The position numbers were made by a program, and so were the translations under genes. Source: Gammaproteobacteria bacterium (lineage in GTDB: Bacteria; Pseudomonadota; Gammaproteobacteria; Eutrophobiales; Eutrophobiaceae). Taken from it: a DNA stretch of 64,000 bases. Below, piece by piece: positions 10,621 through 19,875 of the stretch. The DNA is taken from positions 415,623-479,622 of the forward strand of contig OZ244890.1 of NCBI GenBank assembly GCA_965221455.1, written 5' to 3'. Each line of letters starts with the position of its first letter. The stretch's first letter is position 1. Below the pieces are notes generated by a model. That model saw only the letters and a program-made list of their open reading frames with translations. It made no database searches and had not been told where the DNA came from.

Positions 10621-11718
10621 TTATGAAATATGTCGTCTGGCAAGATAGTCGCGAGTATGCATCTGTTCAAGACGACTAATGGTTCTGAGAAATGGTTTGG
10701 ACAGGCGCTTCCCGATGTAAAGTTTTGACGGTCGCTCTTCTGCAGTCACAATTAATTTAACATGCCGATCATAAAATTCATCGACCAAGTTTATAAATCG
10801 TTTAGCCTTATCATTCGCCATTTCATCCATGACCGGGATCCCGGAAATAAGAACGGTTTGAAATGATCTGGCGATTTCCATGTAGTCCGCAGGGCCTCTT
10901 GGACCGTCACATACGGCATCAAAATCAAACCACACGACACCATCGGCAAGACGTACAGTTTCTATCGTCCGTCCTTCAATCTCAATAGGCATGCCTTGCG
11001 TTGTCTCACTCGGTGCAATGTGATCAAAATAAATTTCAAGCATTTCCATTGCTTCATCATCTGAGGGGGAATGGTAAATCTCCGCCTTATCCAGATAACT
11101 TAAACGGTAATCAACACCCGAATCCACATTCACGACTTCGGTATATTGCTTTATCAAGTCAATGACAGGTAGAAATCGTTCTCTTTGCAAACCATCCCGG
11201 TACAACTCATCCGGCGCCTCGTTGGAGGTTGCAACTAATACAACGCCTCTTTCAAACAATGCTTTAAGCAATCCACCCAGCAACATGGCATCTGTGACAT
11301 CAGAGACATGAAACTCATCAAAACACAAGACTGTAGTTTCCGAGGCGATGTTGTCCGCCACAACCTGTAACGGATCAGACACCTTTTTGAGCTCCCTTAG
11401 TCGCCTGTGCATCATCTGCATAAAACGATGAAAATGTATACGTTGCTTTTCTTTAAATGGCAGGCTTTCATAAAAAGAATCAATCAGGTAAGTCTTGCCG
11501 CGACCGACGCCTCCCCAAAAATATAATCCCCTGGTAAAGTTTGTCTTGTCTTTTTGAAATTTTTGTCTTATTTTTTCAAAAAAACCGTCACCATCAGTTC
11601 GTTCAGCCAATAGCTTGTCGAAAAGGCGTTGTGTCCATTGCACCGCAGTCTCCTGAGCTGCATCTGCATGAAAATCTTCGCGTAATAAATCTGCCTGGTA
11701 TTTTTGTAGAGGTGTCAT
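10621..11718 (-). CDS. zapE: ZapE/AFG1-family ATPase
   Basis: The 365-aa ORF has the Walker A motif GLYFWGGVGRGKTYLIDSF and AFG1-like architecture. Confidence 0.8.
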   Translation of the reverse strand: MTPLQKYQADLLREDFHADAAQETAVQWTQRLFDKLLAERTDGDGFFEKIRQKFQKDKTNFTRGLYFWGGVGRGKTYLIDSFYESLPFKEKQRIHFHRFMQMMHRRLRELKKVSDPLQVVADNIASETTVLCFDEFHVSDVTDAMLLGGLLKALFERGVVLVATSNEAPDELYRDGLQRERFLPVIDLIKQYTEVVNVDSGVDYRLSYLDKAEIYHSPSDDEAMEMLEIYFDHIAPSETTQGMPIEIEGRTIETVRLADGVVWFDFDAVCDGPRGPADYMEIARSFQTVLISGIPVMDEMANDKAKRFINLVDEFYDRHVKLIVTAEERPSKLYIGKRLSKPFLRTISRLEQMHTRDYLARRHIS

Positions 11719-11827
11719 CGTTAACCGGTGTTATTATCAGCGTCTGTTGATTGTGGATAAGCCTTTATCATGTAGCAATAAAGTACAACCGAAAACAACA
11801 GAGCACAAGCCGGGAACGACATACATT

Positions 11828-12514
11828 ATGATATTTGCCATCGCGACAATACTGCTGGTATCGCTTATTTTCGGACCACAGATGTGGGCTAAACATGTGT
11901 TTAAAAAGTATGCGATGGAAATTGATGCGCTTCCGGGGACCGGTGGTGAACTTGCTGAACATTTAATCACCCGACTCAAACTTAAAGACGTACACGTTGA
12001 AGAGGGTGAACAAAACGAAAACTATTACGATCCCGAAAATAAGCTGGTAAAACTCTCATCAGGGAATTTCAATGGAAAATCACTGACGGCAATCACTGTC
12101 GCCGCTCATGAAATCGGTCATGCCATTCAAGATCAAATCGGCTACCAACCGCTATCTTTACGCTCTCGATTAGCCAGGCTGTCATGGTTTTTTGAAAAGA
12201 TTGGTGCTGTCTTATTAGTTGCATTTCCCTTCATTTCATTAATCACACATGTTCCTGCCGCAGGCATCCTGACATTCCTTTGTGGTATCACCATCCTGAT
12301 TTTTCCAGTCGTTGTAAACCTGATTACATTACCGGTAGAGTGGGATGCAAGCTTCAGGCGTGCACTCCCAATATTGGTCGCGGGAGAATATATTACGGAA
12401 GCAAACATCCCTATCGCCAAACAAATACTCACAGCCGCCGCACTCACTTATCTTGCCGCATCGCTTTCCAGTATTCTTAATTTTTATCGATGGTTGATTT
12501 TCCTGAGACGATAA
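11828..12514 (+). CDS. membrane Zn-metallopeptidase (Zn_peptidase_2-like, HExxH)
   Basis: The protein has an N-terminal TM segment followed by AAHEIGHAIQ. The ORF finder extended the frame to a TTG at 11747; the ATG at 11828 (MIFAIATILL) is the more likely start. Confidence 0.6.
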   Translation: MIFAIATILLVSLIFGPQMWAKHVFKKYAMEIDALPGTGGELAEHLITRLKLKDVHVEEGEQNENYYDPENKLVKLSSGNFNGKSLTAITVAAHEIGHAIQDQIGYQPLSLRSRLARLSWFFEKIGAVLLVAFPFISLITHVPAAGILTFLCGITILIFPVVVNLITLPVEWDASFRRALPILVAGEYITEANIPIAKQILTAAALTYLAASLSSILNFYRWLIFLRR

Positions 12515-13542
12515 TCACAAATAACTATAAAAACAGATATCCTGAATAATCATTGACATGTTTTTGGCGATAGGCCCGACTTGACCCATTATTAACAATG
12601 ACTGCCACGCAGGCGTAATCACAGACTGAATATCATCCTGTATATTCCGAGGCACATCAAGATTACCACTGGCAGGTGCAGAGAACTTGCCATCGTATCA
12701 GCTAATTATTGGACGTTACTTTCCGATAATGCGAGCTTGTACTCGTATTAAATAACTTGAAAAAATTCTATGGAGTAAAACTGTTTAATTTTTTGACGCT
12801 CTGAAGATACTCTATCAAGCTGCTTAGCTGTTCCAGTGCCATGCCACCACCATGGAGTGGCATAAGATGAGCAGGCATGACATCAAAAACCATCAATCGT
12901 CCACTGTTTCACCATCGTTATTCAAGAATGATTCCTGATATTGCTTACCCTGGAATTCACTTCCTTATATCAAGAGTACACACATGATCCGCCACTATGA
13001 CAACATCAGAACATTGAATTAAATACCGAGACAAGCCTTACGCACATGTTCATTATTCATAAATGATCCCTGGCTTCTCCATCCAAAACGATTGTTCTTG
13101 TTTCCAAAGTATAACCATACCACGCCAATTGCAATGCCAACTCTGCATTTTTTCAACCAGAATAATCCAAAATATTTCAACAAGCACGCATGCAATTTCC
13201 TATATGATAAAAGGTGCCGGCACCGTAGCACTAAACCAATCCTCGAATGTTCAATTCTATCTATAAAGTATAAATACACGTAAAGCGACAACGCTCAAAG
13301 CGAGATGGTAATAAGGTATGGGATCAAGAAAATCAATACTACCTATTAGTTGGTGGTTCCACTCTACTCAAACCGCCTGTGCCACCAAACGGTTTAATAA
13401 ATTCAATCCAAGTCAAAAGTAAGGATTATAATATTTTCGTTTTACTTTAAAATATCATGTTCCTGCATAATAAATATTTATTTACCGTGAGCAATTATTA
13501 AAAAACTGTTTTGGAAAATTCAGAATTAATTATCAATAAAAA

Positions 13543-13575
13543 AACGGCCCCTCAAGGCCGTCTTTATTTTAAAGA
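13543..13575. terminator. bidirectional rho-independent terminator
   Basis: The hairpin acggcc-cctcaa-ggccgt is flanked by an A-tract (5') and a T-tract (3'). It sits 15 nt downstream of the stop of the minus-strand OM gene. Confidence 0.6.
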
Positions 13576-13589
13576 TATGCCGGCACCAA

Positions 13590-14366
13590 CTAGAAGCTGC
13601 GTGAAACAGAAAACACCACCTCTTGATCCAGTGCAAAATTAGCACCGATGGTGGAGGCATCAAGGTTATCATGATAACGAAGATCAAAATCAAAACCCAA
13701 AGCTGATTTACTCAAACCTATTTCAATATGTGCATAGTCATCAGGAAAAAAATCGTTTCCGCCAACACCATCAACATCCTGATAACCATAGGCAAAATCA
13801 ATTCCAAAATCGTGAGGTAAAGCAAAGGCAATCGAAGGTTTAACGTAATAAGCATTTTCGCCGTTATCAAAATATTCCGGAGAATAATTGAAAGCAACAC
13901 TCACGTAAGGCGAGCCTGGAAAATATTCAAAACCACGTCCTATGGAGGTCCACAGTTCAAAGGTAAAATCATCACGTGCGTTAGGTGAATCCTGACCAGG
14001 GAAAGTGTAAATCAAGGGCATGATCATCAGATCAACGCCGCCAAGCGTATCGGCCCAGCCAACATAATAGTCAATCTCAAGCTCACCGCCACCAGCAATC
14101 TTCGCGAAGCCTTTATCCTGATTTTGATTGTCCAGACTAGTGCCCCACATACCAGCAAAAAAAGGACCATAAGCCCAATCAAAGCTACCCTGAATTGCAG
14201 GCTCTTGAACACTGAATGTGGTACCACGAAATGTATAATCCGTGGTAAAAGTCAAGGTTGCACTAAAATTCTCTGCTGCAAAAACGCTCCCGTCTTCAGC
14301 CGACGCACTCCCAATACCACCTATTGATATTAATCCCGCTATAAAAATACTTTTAATTTTTTTCAT
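13590..14366 (-). CDS. small outer-membrane beta-barrel protein (secreted)
   Basis: There is a signal peptide MKKIKSIFIAGLISIGGIGSASA with an AEDG cleavage context. The body has alternating aromatic/Gly-rich beta-strand pattern and a C-terminal Phe (VSRSF). Confidence 0.6.
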   Translation of the reverse strand: MKKIKSIFIAGLISIGGIGSASAEDGSVFAAENFSATLTFTTDYTFRGTTFSVQEPAIQGSFDWAYGPFFAGMWGTSLDNQNQDKGFAKIAGGGELEIDYYVGWADTLGGVDLMIMPLIYTFPGQDSPNARDDFTFELWTSIGRGFEYFPGSPYVSVAFNYSPEYFDNGENAYYVKPSIAFALPHDFGIDFAYGYQDVDGVGGNDFFPDDYAHIEIGLSKSALGFDFDLRYHDNLDASTIGANFALDQEVVFSVSRSF

Positions 14367-14750
14367 AATTATTTCCCCAACTCTCTCCCAATATTTAAAA
14401 CATCCAAAATTATTTAAATGACAGCCGCCTCCAGATTTATGAAGATCCAGAGTTAAACCCGATATATATACACTAACTTAATGATCTGAAAAAATGGTAA
14501 CTCCCCTCACCAAGCAACCCAGGACGGATAGTAACAAAATACTTGTACTATTTACACTCGCACGCAGATTTTTCGCCTTGCAGGAAAAATCGTCAATTCC
14601 CTAATAGGAGTACCACTTAAGTGATAGTATATAATACATTGTCACCAGGTTGGAAAACACTACACTTAATATTCAAGATTTCTTTACAGGTTAAGTCAGG
14701 CTATGGTACGACGCGATACCCTTTAAATTTTGCAGTAGTTAAAATACACT

Positions 14751-16379
14751 TTGGTGTTTATGGTTGCATATGTGCAAAAAAATGCTCTGAATGCTCTGAG
14801 GATAGTAATACTTCTTTTCGCTGCCACTATACTATGCGCAATCAGCTTTTTATGGTGGGAGAGCCGAACCAGTCAGTCTAATCTGAATATCAAAAAAAAA
14901 CTGAACCAGATTAATGTCACCTGCGAAAAACTTTATTCAAAAAGTGATTTGAATAAAACATCATCTAATACAGTTCTTGACAAACTGGATTATCTTTGCA
15001 GCGAAATTGAACAAACGCCATATTCAATAAATCGCTCTGTCAAATTTAGACTCTTGATTAATGATTATATCTATGTCCTTTCAGTCATCTTTTTGTTACC
15101 ACTATTATATCTAACATATCGAAAATCATGTTCAGATTTAATGTTATACAAAACAAGGCCTGGCTACATGGATAACCAGCTAAATACCGATCCTGTTCAC
15201 AAGAATGAAAAAAACAGAGTCGCAATAAACACCTGTACGGATGTACAACAATATACATACTCCCTTGATGTTGCCCATAAATCGCTCTTGCAGTTGGTGG
15301 AAGAACCTGAGTCTAATGAACCTTTCACATTATTCTTGAATGAAATAGAAAAACTAACGCATGCAAAATCGAGTGCCATATTCATGACACCGAAACCAGC
15401 CTGTCAATTTACCTTATTAAAATGCACTGATAAAAAAGATCAAGACTGGACCAAGTTGGTTCCATTAAGTATTTTACCAAAAATATTTTCTTTTGAATCT
15501 AGAGAAAAAAAGATAGCTATTTTTGAAGAAGCAGAACAGTCAAAACATACATTTATATGCATTCGATTACATGATGGCTCTCAAGATTGCTCTTTACTGG
15601 TTATAAAACTTGTACCATTTCACGAAATAACCGATGCAACAACCATGACTTTACTGGAACATGCAAACCGTCTGGCAAATATTGTCTCAAGCGTTCGTCT
15701 GGCACGATTGAAGCTTCGTCGTGCCCAGTACGAAGAACGGGCAGTCATTGCCCGGGAACTACATGATTCACTGGCACAATCACTTTCATATTTAAAAATT
15801 CAAACCAGTCGCTTGCAAAATATACTCACTGACAGCGATATACAGGCATACAGTAAATCTATGGAAATAGATTCCATGATGCAGGATTTACGTTCAAATC
15901 TTAATATTGCCTACCGTCATCTTAGAGAACTCATTTCAACGTTCCGTTTGACTATAGGCGGTAAAAATTTTTCTCAAGCCCTGACAGATTCAGTAGAAGA
16001 GTTTTCAAAGCGCAGTGGTATTGCATTCGATATTGATAAAAGATTGCCGGAAGATAGTTTAACGGTAACAGAAGAAACTCAGTTACTGCATATTATTCGT
16101 GAGTCTTTATCCAATGTTGTCCGTCACTCTCAGGCAAAGTTTTCATTAATATCAATCTATTATGATGTTTCCGGGCAAATAGTCACCATAATAGAGGATG
16201 ATGGCATAGGTCTTCTGGATATATCTGATCCGGAACAACATTTTGGCATCATAATCATGCAGGAACGAGCACACTCTATTGGTGGAAACATTAGTTTAAC
16301 AGAGCGGCCAAATGGCGGGACTTGTTTAAAAATAGTTTTTCAGGCGAGTAAATATATTGAAATCACATCAAACTCATAG
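14751..16379 (+). CDS. sensor histidine kinase (NarX/UhpB-type HisKA_3 with HATPase)
   Basis: Two N-terminal TM segments bracket a roughly 80-aa periplasmic loop. The H-box ELHDSLAQSLSYLKIQTSRL is NarX-like, and the C-terminal ATPase motifs DDGIG...GGTC are present. Confidence 0.75.
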   Translation: MVFMVAYVQKNALNALRIVILLFAATILCAISFLWWESRTSQSNLNIKKKLNQINVTCEKLYSKSDLNKTSSNTVLDKLDYLCSEIEQTPYSINRSVKFRLLINDYIYVLSVIFLLPLLYLTYRKSCSDLMLYKTRPGYMDNQLNTDPVHKNEKNRVAINTCTDVQQYTYSLDVAHKSLLQLVEEPESNEPFTLFLNEIEKLTHAKSSAIFMTPKPACQFTLLKCTDKKDQDWTKLVPLSILPKIFSFESREKKIAIFEEAEQSKHTFICIRLHDGSQDCSLLVIKLVPFHEITDATTMTLLEHANRLANIVSSVRLARLKLRRAQYEERAVIARELHDSLAQSLSYLKIQTSRLQNILTDSDIQAYSKSMEIDSMMQDLRSNLNIAYRHLRELISTFRLTIGGKNFSQALTDSVEEFSKRSGIAFDIDKRLPEDSLTVTEETQLLHIIRESLSNVVRHSQAKFSLISIYYDVSGQIVTIIEDDGIGLLDISDPEQHFGIIIMQERAHSIGGNISLTERPNGGTCLKIVFQASKYIEITSNS

Positions 16380-16394
16380 CGACAGGCATAGAAA

Positions 16395-17048
16395 ATGAAA
16401 GCAAAGCAGTCTTGTACCGTTATCGTCATTGATGATCATCCCTTGTTTCGTAAAGGTGTTACTGAACTCTTGAACAGTGAAACTGATTTTGAAGTTATTG
16501 GCGAAGCAGCATCAGGAAAAGAAGGACTTGAACTAGCACTTGAATCAAGACCGGATATCATATTGCTCGATTTGAATATGAAAGACATGAACGGTATTCA
16601 GGTACTAACATCCTTGAAAAAAACCGATCTGGAATCTATTAACATCATGTTGACAGTTTCTGACACGGAAAATAATTTTTTAACAGCGCTTAGAAGTGGC
16701 ATTGATGGATATTTACTAAAAGATACAGAACCGGAATTAATCATTGAAAAATTGAGAAGTGCCATAAATGGAGAAGTTGTCATTGATGATAACCTGACCA
16801 ACCTCCTGACGAGTTCGATTCGTGATAATAAGCCGCAGACACCTGACGACTATAGCATGCTATCTGAACGAGAAATCGAAATAATTAAACTCATTGTCAA
16901 AGGGATGAGTAACAAGTTAATTGCAAAAACACTGGGTATCACAGAAGGTACTGTTAAAGTCCACGTGAAAAACATGCTCAGAAAATTAAACCTGAGTTCT
17001 CGTCTTGAAACCGCTTTATGGGCTATTGCACATGGTTGTACAGACTAG
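16395..17048 (+). CDS. response regulator, NarL/FixJ (LuxR HTH) family
   Basis: The receiver domain (VIVIDDHPLFRKG...ILLDLNM) precedes a LuxR HTH (LSEREIEIIKLIVKGMSNKLIAKTLGITEGTVKVHVKNMLRKL). The gene starts 16 nt after the kinase gene. Confidence 0.88.
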   Translation: MKAKQSCTVIVIDDHPLFRKGVTELLNSETDFEVIGEAASGKEGLELALESRPDIILLDLNMKDMNGIQVLTSLKKTDLESINIMLTVSDTENNFLTALRSGIDGYLLKDTEPELIIEKLRSAINGEVVIDDNLTNLLTSSIRDNKPQTPDDYSMLSEREIEIIKLIVKGMSNKLIAKTLGITEGTVKVHVKNMLRKLNLSSRLETALWAIAHGCTD

Positions 17049-17054
17049 TTCTGA

Positions 17055-19178
17055 ATGCACTCTTTATATAAAAAATTAGGAACTATTGTTGGCAACTTAA
17101 CTGAATCTGGTAAAAATATTATCTCTCTGGATAAAAATAGTGGTATCCCCGCTTTAATTAATGGAATTAACCAGACGATTTTTCAGATTAACAATCTTGG
17201 TCAATGGATCTACCTTAATGCTGAATGGGAAAAGCTAACAGGGTTTCCTGTTACAGAAACACTGGGTACGGACGTGATACATCATGTTCATCCTGATGAT
17301 AAAAAACAATGCGCCGAGTTTATACAGAGTATATATAACAATGCCTCATTATCTTCTTCAAGAAGAATCCGTTTTTTAACCAGGGACGCTCACCTTTGCT
17401 GGGTGAATATGCGTGCTAACAGTTTTACCAATCCAGTAAATAATCAAACCTGTCTGGTCGGCGTCATTTCTGATATAACCGAGCGTGTACGTGAATACGG
17501 ATTACATCAGGCAAATTATCGTACATTACATACGTTACTTAATAACTTGTGCGGACTGGTTTACCGTGGGCGTAATGATCGCGACTGGACCATGGAATAT
17601 GTTAGTGAGGGCAGCTTCGAGTTAACCGGTTATCATCCCTCGGAACTCATTAACCAAACAGTGACATTTGGCAGCCTTATCAAACCGAATGATCAAGAGT
17701 TGGTCTGGACCAATGTTCAATCTGCACTAAGAGAAAACCGTGAATACGACATCAATTATCGAATTAGAACCAGTAATGGTCAGGAAAAATGGGTTTGGGA
17801 AAGAGGTAAGGGTAATTTTTCCAGTAATGGCGAGTTATTGGGTATCGAGGGTTTAATTGTTGATATTACTGACTATAAAAGAAACAGGCTCAGGGAAAAT
17901 GAAGAGGTTCTTTATCGAACAAGAACGACATTACCTCAAAAACATTTGTTTCTGGATCGTCTGAGTATGGCAATCGCGAAAACTAAATTAGTTGACAATT
18001 ACAGTTTTGCTTTATTGTTCATATACATTGACCGATTCAAAAACCTGCAAGATAGATTTTCTGCAGAAATTATTGATCAAATCATTATTGATGTGAGTGA
18101 AAAAATCAATGGCATAGTCAATCCTGCTGATTCACTATGCCTCTTTGGTGATGGCGAATTTGGTCTATTACTTGAACATACCGAATCAATTCACGCTGTA
18201 CGAACAGTCACAAAAAATATCCGTAATGTATTACTTGCGCCTATTAAAATTAACGATGCAGATACTTTTTTAACAATTAGTATCGGTATAAGTTTAAGCT
18301 CGGATAATATAAAGGATAGAAAATCTGTGATTAAAGAAGCTTATACCGCCCTGAACCAGGCAAAATCACTGGGAGGTTCACGTTTTGAGATTCACGGAAC
18401 TGCTACCAATGCCAAAGTTTATGCATTGGATAGAATGGAAAAGGAAATCCGGTATGCCCTGAAAAACAATGAATTACTGCTTTGCTACCATCCCCTGATT
18501 TCAAGAGAAGATAATCTTGCCAACCATTACGAATGTCGACTTTACTGGAATCACCCCAGAAGAGGCAAAATATCTTCCGACTTTTTTTCACTGCTTAACA
18601 CATGCGATGAAATCGTAAACCGGCTAAATATCTGGATTATCGAATCTATTATCAAGCAAGCTAAAACCCTGGAGTCACAAGCTGATTTCGAAAAGAATTT
18701 AAATTTAACTATTCAGTTTTTTGGCGAGAATATTTTTACGGAGAAATTTTTACTTAAAATTGAGCAGCAGCTCCTAAACATCAAATTTAATAACATTAAA
18801 TTCTCAATTAATATATCTGTAAACAATATCCATACATTATCAAAAAATAGTATTGAAATATTGGATCGATTTCATAATCAGGGTATCGATTTAACCATGA
18901 ATACCGATGCATCCATCTTACCTTCAAGCGAGGATTTATTTGCGCTGGCAATAAATACAATAAAGATTGATAGTGCATGCTTGACAGCAAGTGTTGCAAT
19001 GCCTCGACTCACTCAAAAAGCAGCTATGGCGCAAATAGGATATATTCATGCTTTGGGGGGGAAAGTGATTATCAGCGATATCAATACAAAAGAAAGACTC
19101 GACTCGATGAAAGAATTTGATTGCGATTATCTCATGGGAGATTCAGTTTCACTGCCTGTTAATATTGACGAAATATAA
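17055..19178 (+). CDS. PAS-domain protein with degenerate GGDEF-like and EAL-like domains
   Basis: PAS repeats are followed by a GDGEF variant of GGDEF (LFGDGEFGLLL). The C-terminal region resembles an EAL domain but lacks a clean EAL motif (ECRLYW). It starts 7 nt after the response regulator gene. Confidence 0.6.
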   Translation: MHSLYKKLGTIVGNLTESGKNIISLDKNSGIPALINGINQTIFQINNLGQWIYLNAEWEKLTGFPVTETLGTDVIHHVHPDDKKQCAEFIQSIYNNASLSSSRRIRFLTRDAHLCWVNMRANSFTNPVNNQTCLVGVISDITERVREYGLHQANYRTLHTLLNNLCGLVYRGRNDRDWTMEYVSEGSFELTGYHPSELINQTVTFGSLIKPNDQELVWTNVQSALRENREYDINYRIRTSNGQEKWVWERGKGNFSSNGELLGIEGLIVDITDYKRNRLRENEEVLYRTRTTLPQKHLFLDRLSMAIAKTKLVDNYSFALLFIYIDRFKNLQDRFSAEIIDQIIIDVSEKINGIVNPADSLCLFGDGEFGLLLEHTESIHAVRTVTKNIRNVLLAPIKINDADTFLTISIGISLSSDNIKDRKSVIKEAYTALNQAKSLGGSRFEIHGTATNAKVYALDRMEKEIRYALKNNELLLCYHPLISREDNLANHYECRLYWNHPRRGKISSDFFSLLNTCDEIVNRLNIWIIESIIKQAKTLESQADFEKNLNLTIQFFGENIFTEKFLLKIEQQLLNIKFNNIKFSINISVNNIHTLSKNSIEILDRFHNQGIDLTMNTDASILPSSEDLFALAINTIKIDSACLTASVAMPRLTQKAAMAQIGYIHALGGKVIISDINTKERLDSMKEFDCDYLMGDSVSLPVNIDEI

Positions 19179-19233
19179 AAAAACATTATGGAAAATTGAG
19201 CAGGTTTTTACTGAAGCAGTAATCTATTCTCTT

Positions 19234-19875
19234 CTATATTGCTTCTTCCACTTGATAACCATACTCTGCAGCAGCATGTGTGATCACTTCAAAAAAACTC
19301 TGCCCAAAGGAACGTGCAACATAAACATCAAGGCTATCTTCATTTAAACAATGTATCAGAACATTTGTATGAAATAGACTCGTGACCTTTGCTTCGTCCA
19401 CCTTGAAATGAGAAACATCCATATCAAGCATTGTGCCTTTACGCAGTACGTTGCGCACGTCTTTACCGGAAATACGAATAACACAACGACTATGACTTTG
19501 ATCAGTGATTGCTGCCTGCTCCTCATGTACCGCATTCCTGATAAGCATGTCCAATTCACGATTTTCTTTTTCAACAATCAACCAACGTTCGGGACCCATC
19601 CAGATTGCAGTAGTTTCACCGAATTGAATCGCACTACATGCGGTTCGTGAGGGTTTAACACCCGCTGCCTGCTCAATCGCAATTGCAACTGCATCAGCCT
19701 GCTCTTCCCATGCGGCTACCTGAATAATGGATAAGGCACGGCGCTCGTTAAATATAACGCCCGGATCATTATTCTTAATTTCACCGAAGTTACCGGTTTG
19801 GTAGATTTCGTGTAATGCCGCACGGCGTGTTGGTGTTGCTTCAGCCACGAAGTCTTTCTCCCTCTGGATCGACAA
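19234..19875 (-). CDS. sarcosine oxidase gamma-like subunit (SoxG/MgdD-like)
   Basis: The 213-aa ORF is the last gene of the four-gene soxBDAG-type block and overlaps the alpha subunit gene. Confidence 0.6.
   Translation of the reverse strand: MSIQREKDFVAEATPTRRAALHEIYQTGNFGEIKNNDPGVIFNERRALSIIQVAAWEEQADAVAIAIEQAAGVKPSRTACSAIQFGETTAIWMGPERWLIVEKENRELDMLIRNAVHEEQAAITDQSHSRCVIRISGKDVRNVLRKGTMLDMDVSHFKVDEAKVTSLFHTNVLIHCLNEDSLDVYVARSFGQSFFEVITHAAAEYGYQVEEAI

Noticed and set aside
11747-11827. TTG-initiated extension of the Zn-metallopeptidase ORF.
   Set aside because: The first ATG at 11828 is immediately followed by a TM segment typical of this family, so the extension is probably non-coding.
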